Part shown: piece by piece, positions 36,868-47,569 of the stretch
How positions within the stretch are numbered: position 1 is the first letter of the stretch
Layout: every line of letters begins with the position of its first letter
Assembly: GCA_007376195.1 (NCBI GenBank)
Contig: VMFT01000002.1
Location: 1,273 to 65,272, forward strand
Length of the DNA stretch: 64,000 nt
Reading direction: 5' to 3'
Origin: Parcubacteria group bacterium Gr01-1014_29
Lineage (GTDB): Bacteria > Patescibacteriota > Minisyncoccia > Ryanbacterales > 2-02-FULL-48-12
Program-made: the position numbers and the translations under genes
The notes under the pieces: model-generated
What the model was told of the DNA's origin: nothing
The model's input: the letters and a program-made list of their open reading frames with translations, nothing else
The model's database searches: none

Positions 36868-37139
36868 TCATGGATGATAATGAGTTATACGGACGTAACT
36901 TCTTGCTTTCCGCGGCTTACTGTGATACAAATGCCAATATGCAGCAGGTTGTTGAACAAAAAATGAATTATGGAAAGGTGCTGGAACGGCAGGAAATTAT
37001 CCTGCGGGAGATTGATCAGATCAAAACTAAGATGCGACTACTTGGTTCTTTGGGTCGCTTCAAGGAAGTTGCACGGAGAGGGCAGCAATTTGCAAAGAAA
37101 CATGGGATAACACAAAAAGACGTTCTTGAGAATGATTAA
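36864..37139 (+). CDS. hypothetical protein, candidate antitoxin partner of the downstream PIN gene
   Basis: Small helical ORF that overlaps the PIN-gene start. Confidence 0.3.
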   Translation: MIMDDNELYGRNFLLSAAYCDTNANMQQVVEQKMNYGKVLERQEIILREIDQIKTKMRLLGSLGRFKEVARRGQQFAKKHGITQKDVLEND

Positions 37140-37533
37140 AGTTGTATTAGATACCAATGTTGTTATTTCTGCGCTTTTTTGGAAAGGTGTCCCCCACACT
37201 ATTGCTGAAAAAGGACTCAAAGGAAGTTTTGTACTTGTAACGTCGCATGAGATTCTAAAGGAGATTAAAGACAAACTTGAGGGAAAGTTCAGATTTCCTA
37301 CAATAGATACTGCCGCTTTTATCGATATTCTTGTACTAAACTCTGAAATTGTTATGCCAGTGGAGAAGCTCAATGTTGTTAGTAAAGATCCTACGGACAA
37401 TAAAATAGTTGAGTGCGCTATTGCTGGTAAAGTTGACTATATTATTTCTGGTGATAAGCATCTTTTGAATATCAAAGGATATGAGGGAGCGAGAATTATT
37501 TCTCCCACAGAATTTCTGAAACTGATTAGTTGA
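37126..37533 (+). CDS. PIN-domain (VapC-like) ribonuclease
   Basis: VLDTNVVISAL, DPTDNKIVECA and ISGDK acidic residues typical of PIN. Confidence 0.6.
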   Translation: MRMIKVVLDTNVVISALFWKGVPHTIAEKGLKGSFVLVTSHEILKEIKDKLEGKFRFPTIDTAAFIDILVLNSEIVMPVEKLNVVSKDPTDNKIVECAIAGKVDYIISGDKHLLNIKGYEGARIISPTEFLKLIS

Positions 37534-37581
37534 CACTGTGTCTTTATTTTGATAGCGTTATTTCTACGTTTTTGTTTACAT

Positions 37582-37992
37582 ATGCCAACAATTAACCAAT
37601 TAGTACGGAAACCGCGCAAGACCGCTCAAGCGAAAGCAAAAACGCCCGTGCTCCGGCGCGGCTTTAACACGGTTCACAATCGGCCTACGGAATACGCGTC
37701 GCCCTTTAAGCGCGGCGTATGTGTGGCGGTGCGTACGACAACGCCAAAAAAACCGAACTCGGCGTTACGTAAAATTGCCCGCGTACGGCTTACCAACGGC
37801 ATGGAAGTAACGGCATATATTCCGGGAGAGGGGCATAACTTACAGGAACACTCGGTGGTGATTATCCGCGGCGGGCGCGTGAAAGATCTTCCGGGTGTGC
37901 GGTACCACATTGTGCGCGGTATGCTGGACGCAAGCGGTGTGGAAGGTCGCAAACAGGGGCGGAGCAAGTATGGAGCAAAGAGACCTAAATAG
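37582..37992 (+). CDS. rpsL: 30S ribosomal protein S12
   Basis: [12 protein letters not shown]... with the conserved [10 protein letters not shown]. Confidence 0.9.
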   Translation: MPTINQLVRKPRKTAQAKAKTPVLRRGFNTVHNRPTEYASPFKRGVCVAVRTTTPKKPNSALRKIARVRLTNGMEVTAYIPGEGHNLQEHSVVIIRGGRVKDLPGVRYHIVRGMLDASGVEGRKQGRSKYGAKRPK

Positions 37993-38067
37993 GCTCTAGA
38001 GGGTTAGGCGCTAGGCTTTAGGAAAAGATATAGAAATGTCTTCTAGAGCCTAAGGCCTAGTGCCTAA
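37991..38067. repeat. intergenic palindromic element (ctaggc type)
   Basis: ...gggttaggcgctaggctttagg ... cctaaggcctagtgcctaa, with nested ctctagag arms. Confidence 0.5.
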
Positions 38068-38079
38068 TTTTCTAAACAA

Positions 38080-38550
38080 ATGAGACGAAAACCAGCAACA
38101 AAACGAGAAATACCGGCAGATTACAAATGGGACTCCCCGCGAGTTGCCAAGTTTGTAAATATAATCATGTGGGACGGCAAGAAATCAGTTGCCGAACACG
38201 TTGTATATGATGCGTTGGATATCGTTGCAAAAAAAGCGAGCGTGGAAAATCCTGTCGTGGTTTTTGACCTTGCGCTCGACAATGTTGCGCCGCTTGTGGA
38301 AGTGCGTTCGCGCCGCGTAGGAGGTGCAAACTATCAAGTTCCGGTAGAGGTGCGCGGGCCGCGCCGCATGACGCTTGCGATGCGCTGGCTTGCAGCCGCC
38401 GCCCGTTCGCGCAAAGGCGCGCCTATGGCCGAACGCCTCGCGGAAGAGTTGTTTCTGGCATCCAAAAACGAAGGCGTTGCAATAAAGAAGAAACTAGACA
38501 CGCATCGCATGGCGGACGCCAACAAGGCATTTGCTCATTTTGCGTGGTAG
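38080..38550 (+). CDS. rpsG: 30S ribosomal protein S7
   Basis: S7 family sequence; canonical str-operon position. Confidence 0.9.
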   Translation: MRRKPATKREIPADYKWDSPRVAKFVNIIMWDGKKSVAEHVVYDALDIVAKKASVENPVVVFDLALDNVAPLVEVRSRRVGGANYQVPVEVRGPRRMTLAMRWLAAAARSRKGAPMAERLAEELFLASKNEGVAIKKKLDTHRMADANKAFAHFAW

Positions 38551-38551
38551 A

Positions 38552-39013
38552 AAATCAACGAATAACGAATTAAGTACGAATAAACGAATGAAGGAGTTGA
38601 AAAGAAGTGATTTGGTATATCCCGAATTAAGTTATCGGATTATAGGTTGTGCGTTTGAAGTTTATAACATTTTAGGTCAGGGTCGCCAGGAAAAGCATTA
38701 CCAGAAAGCGTTGGTGGAAGAATTCAAAAACATAGGGCTTGCAATAATTGAACAGGTTTACTATCCTATTTCATTCAAAAATAAAAATATCGGAAAAGAC
38801 TTTCTTGATTTCTTGGTTAATAGTCAGGTAGTTGTAGAAATCAAAAAAGGTGATAGATACTCCAAACAACACATTGATCAAGTATTAGAATATCTTAAAG
38901 TTAGCGACAAACAACTTGCTATCTTAATTAATTTTGGATCGCAGGGTGTCCACTTCAAAAGAATTATAAATTTTAATTCGTAAATTCGTACTTAATTCGT
39001 TATTCGTTGATTT
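38552..39013 (+). mobile_element. cassette with perfect 30-bp terminal inverted repeats (aaatcaacgaataacgaattaagtacgaat) carrying a GxxExxY gene, inserted exactly between rpsG and fusA
   Basis: Left TIR 38552-38581 and right TIR 38984-39013 are exact reverse complements; the fusA ATG is at 39014. Confidence 0.5.
38588..38983 (+). CDS. GxxExxY-family protein (PD-(D/E)XK nuclease superfamily)
   Basis: YPELSYRIIGCAFEVYNILGQG contains the G-x-x-E-x-x-Y motif; AT-rich gene. Confidence 0.55.
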   Translation: MKELKRSDLVYPELSYRIIGCAFEVYNILGQGRQEKHYQKALVEEFKNIGLAIIEQVYYPISFKNKNIGKDFLDFLVNSQVVVEIKKGDRYSKQHIDQVLEYLKVSDKQLAILINFGSQGVHFKRIINFNS

Positions 39014-41107
39014 ATGAGACAATACCCTTTAGAAAAAACTCGTGACTTTGGTATTATCGCTCACATCGACGCTGGCAAAACCACCGTTACCGAGCGCGTT
39101 TTGTTTTACACGGGGGTTTCCCACAAAATCGGCGAGGTGCATGAGGGAAAGGCCATTATGGACTGGATGGAGCAGGAGCGCGAACGCGGCATTACTATCA
39201 CTGCCGCTGCCACAACTTGTTTCTGGAAACGCACCTATGCGCCTGACACGGGAGAATTTCGGTTTAATATTATTGATACCCCGGGCCATGTGGATTTTAC
39301 CGCAGAAGTGGAACGGTCGCTCCGCGTGCTTGATGGAGGAGTGGTGGTGTTTGACGGAGTAGCGGGTGTGGAACCGCAGTCTGAAACCGTATGGCGCCAA
39401 GCCGACAAATACAAAGTGCCGCGCATTTGTTTTATAAACAAGCTTGATCGTATGGGCGCGAGTTTTGAGAAAAGTTTTGCTTCAATTCTCGATCGTCTCA
39501 CACCCAATGCTGTTGCGGTTACCATTCCCATTGGTCTCGAATCAGATTTCGCAGGCATTATTGATTTAGTCCGCATGAAGACGATTAAATTTTTGGGAGA
39601 GCGAGGCGAGCATGTATCAGAATCAGATATTTCGGCAGACAGGAAAGAAGAGGCAAAAAAGTGGCGCGCAGTGCTTCTTGAGAAAGTTGCAGAAACAGAC
39701 GACGTGCTTACGGAAAAGTTTCTTGAAGGAGGTGAAATTTCTGAAGACGAATTGCGAACAGCCCTTCGAAAGGCGACTCTTGCCTACCGCTTGGTCCCCG
39801 TATTTTGCGGGTCTGCTCTCAAGAACAAGGGTGTCCAGATTGTGCTTGACGGTGTCATTGACTATCTTCCCGCGCCGACGGACGTACTGCCCGTTACGGG
39901 GCATGACCCAAAGACAGATGAAGAAATAACACGCCAAGCGCGTGATGATGTTCCATTTGCCGCACTTGCATTTAAGTTGCAGACGGATCCTTATGTGGGC
40001 CAACTGACGTATTTTCGGGTGTATTCTGGCATGCTCGAGGCGGGGTCGTATGTTTTGAACGCGACAAAAGGAGAAAAAGAGCGCGTCGGGCGGATTTTAC
40101 GCATGCATGCGAATGATCGCGAGGATGTAAAAGAAATTTTTGCGGGTGAAATCGGCGCCCTGGTTGGCATGAAGAATACATTTACAGGAGATACGTTGTG
40201 TGATCCCGATCACCCGATTATTTTGGAAAAAATTACGTTCCCGGAACCGGTGGTCGCCATGCGTATTGAGCCAAAGACGAAGGCCGATCAGGAGCGTATG
40301 GGTCTTGCGTTAAAACGCCTGTCTGATGAAGACCCGACGTTTCGCATTAAATCAGACCCTGAAACGCTTGAAACCATTATCGCGGGCATGGGCGAGCTGC
40401 ATTTGGAAATTTTAGTAGACCGCATGAAACGGGAGTTCAAGGTGGACGCAAACATCGGCCGGCCGCAGGTAGCATATAAAGAGACAGTTAAAAAGAAGGC
40501 CGAGGCCGAAGGAAAATATATCCGCCAGTCGGGCGGTAGAGGGCAGTATGGGCATGTGTGGTTGAAGATCGAACCCTTGGAGCGCGGTGCGGGGCTTCTA
40601 TTTGAAGATAAAATAAAAGGAGGTGTGATACCGCGCGAGTATATTTCGGCGGTGGAGAAAGGTGTTCGCGAGGCGGCCGACAAAGGCGTGATAGCCGGCT
40701 TTCCATTCATTGACGCGAAAGTTACTTTGTATGACGGATCATATCACGAAGTAGACTCGTCGGAAGCCGCGTTTAAGATTGCCGGATCCATAGCGTTCCA
40801 GGAAGTTGCTAAACGCGCCAATCCCCTGTTGCTTGAGCCTATTATGAAAGTGGAAGTCGTAACGCCGGATACATTCATGGGAGATGTTACCGGCGATATT
40901 AATTCCAAACGCGGGCGCATTGAAGAGATGTCAGACCGCATGAACGTAAAGGTGATGCAGGCCCAAGTGCCGCTTGCCGAGATGTTCGGTTATGTAACGA
41001 ATCTTCGCTCCATGACCGAAGGCCGCGCAAGCTACACTATGGAATTCAGCCATTATGAGGAAATACCAAAACACGTCGCTGAGCAAATTGTGGAAGGAAG
41101 GAAATGA
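39014..41107 (+). CDS. fusA: elongation factor G
   Basis: [20 protein letters not shown] and the full EF-G domain order. Confidence 0.9.
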   Translation: MRQYPLEKTRDFGIIAHIDAGKTTVTERVLFYTGVSHKIGEVHEGKAIMDWMEQERERGITITAAATTCFWKRTYAPDTGEFRFNIIDTPGHVDFTAEVERSLRVLDGGVVVFDGVAGVEPQSETVWRQADKYKVPRICFINKLDRMGASFEKSFASILDRLTPNAVAVTIPIGLESDFAGIIDLVRMKTIKFLGERGEHVSESDISADRKEEAKKWRAVLLEKVAETDDVLTEKFLEGGEISEDELRTALRKATLAYRLVPVFCGSALKNKGVQIVLDGVIDYLPAPTDVLPVTGHDPKTDEEITRQARDDVPFAALAFKLQTDPYVGQLTYFRVYSGMLEAGSYVLNATKGEKERVGRILRMHANDREDVKEIFAGEIGALVGMKNTFTGDTLCDPDHPIILEKITFPEPVVAMRIEPKTKADQERMGLALKRLSDEDPTFRIKSDPETLETIIAGMGELHLEILVDRMKREFKVDANIGRPQVAYKETVKKKAEAEGKYIRQSGGRGQYGHVWLKIEPLERGAGLLFEDKIKGGVIPREYISAVEKGVREAADKGVIAGFPFIDAKVTLYDGSYHEVDSSEAAFKIAGSIAFQEVAKRANPLLLEPIMKVEVVTPDTFMGDVTGDINSKRGRIEEMSDRMNVKVMQAQVPLAEMFGYVTNLRSMTEGRASYTMEFSHYEEIPKHVAEQIVEGRK

Positions 41108-41230
41108 GTCGCCCGTTTTATTTCCAACAAACATACGCGATCGCGAAAAATGTTGGAAAAAGCACAAACTTGCCTTTTCCGCCAACTTTATCTTCTTGGT
41201 ATTCAATCATTTAGAATTCTTTCTTCAGCT

Positions 41231-41273
41231 AACTTTATAAAGTTCCTTTATTTTGCATAACTTTATAAAGTTT
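41231..41273. promoter_or_regulatory. two copies of the 14-bp perfect palindrome aactttataaagtt (28 bp apart) upstream of the HTH-Fic gene; candidate operator
   Basis: Read directly at 41231-41244 and 41259-41272. Confidence 0.4.
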
Positions 41274-41287
41274 GGTAATATAAATCC

Positions 41288-42220
41288 ATGACTATTCGTC
41301 AAAAACTGGAAATTATCCAAAAAATGCTGGGATTAACACAGACAAAGCTCGCCGAAAAATTCGGCGTGTCTTTTGCCGCTTTTAACAGCTGGTGGACCGA
41401 AAAATCAAAGCCCCGGCCTAAAATGCAGGCCGCCATAGACGAGCTGTTTTTGGAAGTGACCGGACAAAAAATAATATCCACTGATCAGCTTACAGCAAAA
41501 AAGCAAGCTCTCCGGCAGAAATCGGGAGAACACAAAAATATTGTGACAGAAATTCTGGATAATCCGGATATCCGCGATCAGTTTATTTTAAAGCTCACCT
41601 ATCATAGCAACAGTATTGAGGGTAGTACGCTTACCGAGCCGGATACAGCGGCGATTCTTTTTGACAATGCGGCTCTGCCCAATAAAAGTTTGACCGAACA
41701 ACTGGAAGCGAAGAATCATCAGACTGCTTTGAATTATTTGTTTGATTATGTCGCCAAAAAAGAAAAAGTTGATGAGGCACTGGTACTTAAACTTCATAGT
41801 ATTCTCATGAATGGTATCCGTCCGGATGCCGGTGTATATCGCAATCATGCTGTCAGAATCACCGGCGTTAATTTGCCAACTGCGAATTATATGAGTGTTC
41901 CTAAATTGATGCCAGAGGTAATGGCTCGAGTCGCTCTAAAAAACACAGACATACTTGCAGAGTCCGCCGGTGTTCATAGCAAATTCGAACAAATTCATCC
42001 TTTTTCCGATGGTAACGGCCGTATTGGACGATTGCTTATGAGCACAATGTTACTTAGTGCAAATTTTGCTCCTGCAATAATTCGTCAGGAACAAAAACGG
42101 CTGTATTACACATATCTTTATAAAGCTCAAACCAAAGATGACCACAGCCAACTAGAGGATTTTCTCTGTGAAGCTGTCAGGGACGGGTTCAAGATTTTGG
42201 AACGCACAGACGCGAGATAA
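41288..42220 (+). CDS. Fic-family protein (AMPylase-type) with N-terminal XRE-type HTH
   Basis: Fic motif HPFSDGNGRIGR; N-terminal LGLTQTKLAEKFGVSFAAFNSW HTH. Confidence 0.7.
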   Translation: MTIRQKLEIIQKMLGLTQTKLAEKFGVSFAAFNSWWTEKSKPRPKMQAAIDELFLEVTGQKIISTDQLTAKKQALRQKSGEHKNIVTEILDNPDIRDQFILKLTYHSNSIEGSTLTEPDTAAILFDNAALPNKSLTEQLEAKNHQTALNYLFDYVAKKEKVDEALVLKLHSILMNGIRPDAGVYRNHAVRITGVNLPTANYMSVPKLMPEVMARVALKNTDILAESAGVHSKFEQIHPFSDGNGRIGRLLMSTMLLSANFAPAIIRQEQKRLYYTYLYKAQTKDDHSQLEDFLCEAVRDGFKILERTDAR

Positions 42221-42293
42221 TCGTTCTGCTTTTTGGCAAAAAAATCCCCGGTTCGCTTGCGGCGAATCGGGGGAGTTTGTTTATGAGAAACAC

Positions 42294-42587
42294 TTAGTGC
42301 CGTCGTGGTACAACATGTCGGTAATCAAATGAGCTGTCTAAGCTACTGTTTACATCCCCGCACATGTTACATACACCAACACCAAGGCGTACCGTGACTT
42401 TTGTGTCAGCACGACACTTCGGTACACACCAGAATTCCACATAGTCATGGTCGCAGGTAAAGCGCTGGAACGTTATCACCAAACGTCGTAACATACAAAA
42501 CAGCGATACCCGTTTTACACTGACATGCGGGATCCTGCGGAATAGTACTTCTGTTGCCATTATTCGTCTCCTTTCGGTTTTCTTCAT
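42294..42587 (-). CDS. hypothetical protein with Cys motif
   Basis: ORF only. Confidence 0.3.
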   Translation of the reverse strand: MKKTERRRIMATEVLFRRIPHVSVKRVSLFCMLRRLVITFQRFTCDHDYVEFWCVPKCRADTKVTVRLGVGVCNMCGDVNSSLDSSFDYRHVVPRRH

Positions 42588-42643
42588 TCTTAGCGCACAG
42601 GTTGCGGCTTGTCAACAGGTGTAATGTTTTCTATTCTATAATA

Positions 42644-42958
42644 ATCATGCTTACAAAACTTGGATATTATCTAGGCCAACAGTCAATTCACAAACCGGTG
42701 CGCTATATTACCTTAAGCGGGGAGGAGTTTGTGGTAATGCCGGCGAAGGACTATGCGCTTCTTACCGGTCTTGACACGGATACCTTGCCAGTGATGGAAG
42801 TGTCTGATACTGTTACAAGTATAGCGCAGGTGGAAGAATCGGAAGAAGAAAAGCAAAACAGCCCAGGCATTTCCTCCGCTAGTGAAACTGGCTCGGCATG
42901 GGCTTTGGCCACTATCTCGCTGGAAGAGGAAATCAGCGTTGATCGGCTGCCGCTCTAG
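42644..42958 (+). CDS. Phd/YefM-like antitoxin-fold protein with acidic C-terminal tail
   Basis: N-terminus KPVRYITLSGEEFVVMPAKDYALL resembles the Phd/YefM N-terminal strand-helix. Start taken at the internal Met of ORF 42554. Confidence 0.35.
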   Translation: MMLTKLGYYLGQQSIHKPVRYITLSGEEFVVMPAKDYALLTGLDTDTLPVMEVSDTVTSIAQVEESEEEKQNSPGISSASETGSAWALATISLEEEISVDRLPL

Positions 42959-43035
42959 TCATGAAGCTTAAAACATGAAACTTGGAACATTTGTTTTATT
43001 TTTTATGCTTCACGTTTCATGCTTCAAGCTTCAGG
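42959..43035. repeat. intergenic palindromic element (catgaagc/gtttcatg type)
   Basis: catgaagcttaaaacatgaaacttggaacat ... atgcttcacgtttcatgcttcaagcttcag. Confidence 0.45.
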
Positions 43036-43116
43036 TTAACCCCTTGACGATTTTCCTCTCGATATGGTAAAGTATAAAAACGTTAATTATCATTATAACT
43101 CTAATTTTTACATACT

Positions 43117-44313
43117 ATGGCAACAGAAAAATTTGAGAGGTCAAAACCTCACGTCAATGTAGGCACTATTGGTCATGTAGACCATGGCAAAACTACTCTT
43201 ACCGCAGCAATTCTTCACTCGCTGAATCTCGCGGGCATGAAAGTAAAGTTGGAGAAGGTTGATGATATTGACAAGGCGCCTGAAGAACGCAAGCGCGGCA
43301 TTACCATAGCGCTTCACCACTCGGAATATGAATCCGAGAAGCGGCACTACGCGCACATTGACGCGCCCGGGCACGCGGACTACATCAAGAACATGATTAC
43401 GGGTGCCGCCCAAATGGACGGCGCGGTATTGGTGGTTTCTGCCGTTGATGGTCCTATGCCCCAGACCCGGGAGCACATTCTTTTGGCGCGCCAAGTGGGT
43501 GTGCCGGCTATCGTTGTGTTTCTAAATAAGGTTGACATGGTATCCGATGCGGAATTGATTGACCTTGTGGAAGCTGAAATTCGCGAACTTCTCTCGAAGT
43601 ATGAATTTCCTGGCGATGCCACCCCTATTATCCGCGGTTCTGCCCTAAAGGCGCTGGAAGCAAGTTCCGTGGACGACCAAAACGTAAAGCAGGTGTTGGA
43701 GCTCGTAAAGGCGCTTGACGAGTATATTCCGGAGCCTGTTCGTGAAAAAGAAAAGCCGTTTTTGATGCCGGTAGAAGATGTATTTTCCATTGAGGGGCGC
43801 GGCACGGTAGTCACCGGCCGTATCGAACGCGGTGTGGTAAAAGTAAACGAGGAGGTTGAAATTGTGGGGCTTCGCGACACGCAGCGTACCATTGTCACAG
43901 GCATTGAAATGTTCAATAAATCGCTCGATGAAGGAATCGCGGGAGATAATGCGGGGCTTCTTCTGCGGGGTTTAAAGAAAGAAGATGTTGAGCGCGGGCA
44001 GGTGCTCGCAAAACCAAAGACCATCACCCCGCATACAGATTTTGATGCCGAAGTATATATCCTTACCAAGGAGGAAGGTGGGCGCCACACCCCGTTTTTT
44101 TCAGGCTACAAACCGCAGTTTTATATCAGGACAACAGATGTTACCGGCGATGTAACGCTTCCGCAGGGTACGGAGATGGTCATGCCGGGCGATACGATAA
44201 CATTCCAGGTAAAACTTATTTCGCCGATTGCGCTGGAAGAACGGCAACGCTTTGCTATCCGTGAAGGGGGTCACACGGTGGGCGCCGGCATAGTAACGAA
44301 GATTACGAAATAG
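43117..44313 (+). CDS. tuf: elongation factor Tu
   Basis: [22 protein letters not shown]. Confidence 0.9.
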   Translation: MATEKFERSKPHVNVGTIGHVDHGKTTLTAAILHSLNLAGMKVKLEKVDDIDKAPEERKRGITIALHHSEYESEKRHYAHIDAPGHADYIKNMITGAAQMDGAVLVVSAVDGPMPQTREHILLARQVGVPAIVVFLNKVDMVSDAELIDLVEAEIRELLSKYEFPGDATPIIRGSALKALEASSVDDQNVKQVLELVKALDEYIPEPVREKEKPFLMPVEDVFSIEGRGTVVTGRIERGVVKVNEEVEIVGLRDTQRTIVTGIEMFNKSLDEGIAGDNAGLLLRGLKKEDVERGQVLAKPKTITPHTDFDAEVYILTKEEGGRHTPFFSGYKPQFYIRTTDVTGDVTLPQGTEMVMPGDTITFQVKLISPIALEERQRFAIREGGHTVGAGIVTKITK

Positions 44314-44337
44314 GCGACAGCATAGCGACGTATCGCA

Positions 44338-44667
44338 ATGGCATCACGAAAAGAAGAAGAAAAACAACGCCTTCGCATCCGCATCAAGGGATACGACCAC
44401 AAGATTATTGATTCAAGCGTGCGGCAGATTGTAGAGACGGTACTGCGGTATGGGGCGGATGTGGTAGGTCCTCTTCCGCTTCCAACGGAGATTCGTAAGT
44501 ATACGGTAAACCGCTCGCCATTTATACACAAAAACGCGCGCGAACAGTTTGAGATGCGGGTGCATAAGCGGCTGATTGACATATTGAATCCCGTGCCAAA
44601 AATTATTGATGCATTAACAAATCTTACGCTTCCCGCAGGCGTTGATATTGAGATTAAGATGGGGTAA
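44338..44667 (+). CDS. rpsJ: 30S ribosomal protein S10
   Basis: [15 protein letters not shown]... matches the S10 family. Confidence 0.85.
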   Translation: MASRKEEEKQRLRIRIKGYDHKIIDSSVRQIVETVLRYGADVVGPLPLPTEIRKYTVNRSPFIHKNAREQFEMRVHKRLIDILNPVPKIIDALTNLTLPAGVDIEIKMG

Positions 44668-44727
44668 GGGCGGCGAATGAAGAAGCGAAAATACCGGACA
44701 TCGCTCCGGTATTTTTAAAAAGCGATT

Positions 44728-45285
44728 ATGAAATATATTCTGGGTACAAAAAAAGAGATGACGCAGATGTTTCGCGTGGATGGTGTAACGGAACCAGTTA
44801 CGCTTGTTCAGGCTTTGCCGGTGGAGATTTCGCTTATTCGCACCGTGCAAAAAGATGGCTATGAAGCAGTACAGGTGCGCCAAGGCCGGGTGCGCCGCGA
44901 GTTTCGTATAATGGGTGGCGCGATCAGCGCTATCGAAGGCGTCCTCGGCGATACGCTGAATGTTGCGCAGTTTTTGGAGGGACAAAAGGTGACTGTTTCG
45001 GGCATATCCAAAGGGAAAGGATTTCAGGGAGGCGTGAAGCGGCACGGTTTTCACGGTGCGTCTAAAACACACGGCGTTAAGCACGCGCATCGCCAGCCCG
45101 GATCTATCGGCGCGGGCGGTGTGCAACGGGTTCTGAAAGGCCAGCGGATGGCCGGGCGCATGGGCAGTGATCGCGTTACAACCAAAGGGGTGCGCGTGGT
45201 AAAAGTCTATCCGGAGAAAAATCTGATCGCGTTAAAAGGCGGCATACCGGGAAGCAGGGGAAGTTTAGTGGAAATACGAGGATAA
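44728..45285 (+). CDS. rplC: 50S ribosomal protein L3
   Basis: Glycine-rich region of L3 plus order in the S10 operon. Confidence 0.85.
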   Translation: MKYILGTKKEMTQMFRVDGVTEPVTLVQALPVEISLIRTVQKDGYEAVQVRQGRVRREFRIMGGAISAIEGVLGDTLNVAQFLEGQKVTVSGISKGKGFQGGVKRHGFHGASKTHGVKHAHRQPGSIGAGGVQRVLKGQRMAGRMGSDRVTTKGVRVVKVYPEKNLIALKGGIPGSRGSLVEIRG

Positions 45286-45290
45286 GATGA

Positions 45291-45360
45291 TAGGCACTAG
45301 GCTCTAGGCATTAGGGAAAAAATATATGTTCCCAGCTAGTGCCTAAGGCCTAATGCCTAA
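45291..45360. repeat. intergenic palindromic element (ctaggc type)
   Basis: taggcactaggctctaggcattagg ... cctaaggcctaatgcctaa. Confidence 0.5.
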
Positions 45361-45366
45361 AAGATC

Positions 45367-46035
45367 ATGGAAACTAGCGTATACAATATGCAAGGGGAAA
45401 AAGTTGGTATGATAGACCTCCCAGCATCTGTGTTTGGCTTGCCGTGGAATGCCGCGCTTGTGCAGCAGGCGGTAGAGGCGGAGCGCAGGAATGCGCGCGC
45501 CGGGACCGCTCATACCAAGGATCGCGGTGAAGTTTCTGGCGGCGGAAAAAAGCCATGGCAGCAGAAAGGCACCGGGAGAGCGCGCCATGGATCCATTCGT
45601 TCGCCGTTGTGGAAGGGCGGCGGCGTTACACACGGTCCCCGCGTTGAGCGGATGTTCAGCGCAAAAATTAATAAGCGCGCGCGCAGGAAAGCGCTTCTTA
45701 CTTCGTTGTCTGAAAAAGCGCGCGATAACGAAATTGTCATATTTGATGTCTTAACATTTGAGGAAGCGCGTACGCGGAATGCCGCGCGCATGTTTCGTAG
45801 TCTGGCAGATCTTTATGTGCCGCGCATCGGCATGAAAGGTGGAACGGTATTGGTGGCGCTTGCTTCGGCTGACAGACAAGCGGTGCGCGCTCTCAAAAAT
45901 TTGGCGTATGTTCAGTCTGCCGAAGCACGGAATCTTTCCGCGCACCAAGTGCTCGCTTCGAAATATATAGCGCTGTCAAAAGAAGCGCTGCCGGTTTTGG
46001 AAACTTTTGCCGAGAAATTAACAAAACATGGGTAA
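45367..46035 (+). CDS. rplD: 50S ribosomal protein L4
   Basis: Order and L4 family similarity. Confidence 0.85.
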   Translation: METSVYNMQGEKVGMIDLPASVFGLPWNAALVQQAVEAERRNARAGTAHTKDRGEVSGGGKKPWQQKGTGRARHGSIRSPLWKGGGVTHGPRVERMFSAKINKRARRKALLTSLSEKARDNEIVIFDVLTFEEARTRNAARMFRSLADLYVPRIGMKGGTVLVALASADRQAVRALKNLAYVQSAEARNLSAHQVLASKYIALSKEALPVLETFAEKLTKHG

Positions 46036-46040
46036 TTTGT

Positions 46041-46394
46041 ATGATATTTGGAAAAAAAGAACAAAAGGTTGATGGTGTGCCAATCGGCGGCAGCGCGCCC
46101 GTTCAGGAGAAAAGTGGTTACGCGGAATATGGCATACTTCGCGCGCCGGTGATAAGCGAGAAAGCATCCTTATTGGCAGGGCAGGGTACGTATGTGTTTT
46201 TTGTGCGCCAGGGAGCGAATAAAATGGCTATCAAGAAGGCGGTGTCCACGCGGTTCGGTGTTGATGTAGTATCGGTACGCATTGGAAAAAAGCCGCAGAA
46301 GCGCATTCGGCGCGGAGCTCATACCGGACGACGGCACGGGTATAAAAAAGCGCTGGTATCGGTGCTTGCCGGGCAGAAGATAGAACTTGCATAA
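46041..46394 (+). CDS. rplW: 50S ribosomal protein L23
   Basis: Order and L23 family similarity. Confidence 0.8.
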   Translation: MIFGKKEQKVDGVPIGGSAPVQEKSGYAEYGILRAPVISEKASLLAGQGTYVFFVRQGANKMAIKKAVSTRFGVDVVSVRIGKKPQKRIRRGAHTGRRHGYKKALVSVLAGQKIELA

Positions 46395-46405
46395 GTTATA
46401 ATTGT

Positions 46406-47230
46406 ATGCGTCAATACAAACCAACAACACCAGGAAGGCGCGGTATGTCTGTAATGTCGCGGCCGTTTCTTTCTTCAGGGCGCCCCCAAAAGAGTCTGGT
46501 GGCGGGGAGAAAACGCGCTGTCGGCCGCAATAACGTCGGCCGCATAACAACGCGACACAAAGGAGGCGGCCACAAGCGTTTGTATCGATTTGTGGATTTT
46601 GGGCAGGAGAAGCGCGATGTTCCCGGGCGTGTGCTTTCATGCGAGTACGATCCGAACAGGACTTCATATATTGCGTTGGTCGCCTATCGCGACGGCGACA
46701 AGCGGTATATACTGCTTGGACAGGAGATGGCAGACGGAGCTGAAATTATCACATCAGAAAAAGCTCCGGTACAACCGGGCAACAGGCTGCCGCTCTCAAG
46801 GATTCCTGTCGGGACATTTGTATATAATGTCGAGGTGCATCCGGGCGGCGGGGGAAAACTTGTTCGCGCTGCCGGTGTGGGCGCCGAAGTTCTTGCGCAC
46901 GATACCCCGTATGTCTTGCTGCGTCTGCCGTCGAAAGAAATCCGCAAGATACAAGAACACTGCTGGGCTTCTGTGGGGCGCCTCAGCGGTGAGGAGCATC
47001 GCTTTGTAACAATAGGCAAAGCGGGTCGGTCGCGTTGGATGGGTAAACGGCCCACCGTGCGAGGGTCGGCAATGAATCCCGTTGATCATCCTTATGGCGG
47101 CGGTGAAGGCCGTGCGCTTCGCGGGACGCGGCGTCCAAAAAATCTTTGGGGGAAAGGAGTGCGGGGAGTAAAGACACGCGGGAAGAAGAAATATTCAAAT
47201 AAACTTATTATAGAGCGGAGGAAAAAATAA
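46406..47230 (+). CDS. rplB: 50S ribosomal protein L2
   Basis: L2 family motifs; order. Confidence 0.9.
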   Translation: MRQYKPTTPGRRGMSVMSRPFLSSGRPQKSLVAGRKRAVGRNNVGRITTRHKGGGHKRLYRFVDFGQEKRDVPGRVLSCEYDPNRTSYIALVAYRDGDKRYILLGQEMADGAEIITSEKAPVQPGNRLPLSRIPVGTFVYNVEVHPGGGGKLVRAAGVGAEVLAHDTPYVLLRLPSKEIRKIQEHCWASVGRLSGEEHRFVTIGKAGRSRWMGKRPTVRGSAMNPVDHPYGGGEGRALRGTRRPKNLWGKGVRGVKTRGKKKYSNKLIIERRKK

Positions 47231-47236
47231 CATAGT

Positions 47237-47569
47237 ATGAGTCGCAGTTCAAAAAAAGGTCCCTATGTCAATGAGCGTTTGCTGCAGAAACTTTCAAAAG
47301 AAAAGCCGGGAACACGGGCAGTTATTAAGACGTGGGCGCGTAGTTCCATGATAAGCCCCGAGATGGTCGGTTACACTATTGGCGTGCATAATGGCAAAGA
47401 TCATATCGCAGTTACTATTAACGAAGATATGATTGGTCACCGGTTGGGCGAATTCAGCCCTACCAGAAAATTTATTCGCCACGGCGGAAAAATGCAAAAA
47501 GAGCAGGAGCAAAAAGCAAAAACGGCAGCCGCTGCCGCTCCCGCGCCAAGCAGTAAGAAAACAGGATGA
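47237..47569 (+). CDS. rpsS: 30S ribosomal protein S19 (with C-terminal extension)
   Basis: [11 protein letters not shown]...GHRLGEF. Confidence 0.85.
   Translation: MSRSSKKGPYVNERLLQKLSKEKPGTRAVIKTWARSSMISPEMVGYTIGVHNGKDHIAVTINEDMIGHRLGEFSPTRKFIRHGGKMQKEQEQKAKTAAAAAPAPSSKKTG

Noticed and set aside
43040-43085. tuf promoter: TTGACG, then about 17 bp, then TGgTAAAGT.
   Set aside because: Plausible extended -10, but the spacing is ambiguous and there is no supporting evidence.
43380-44090. 236-aa minus-strand ORF.
   Set aside because: Antisense to tuf.
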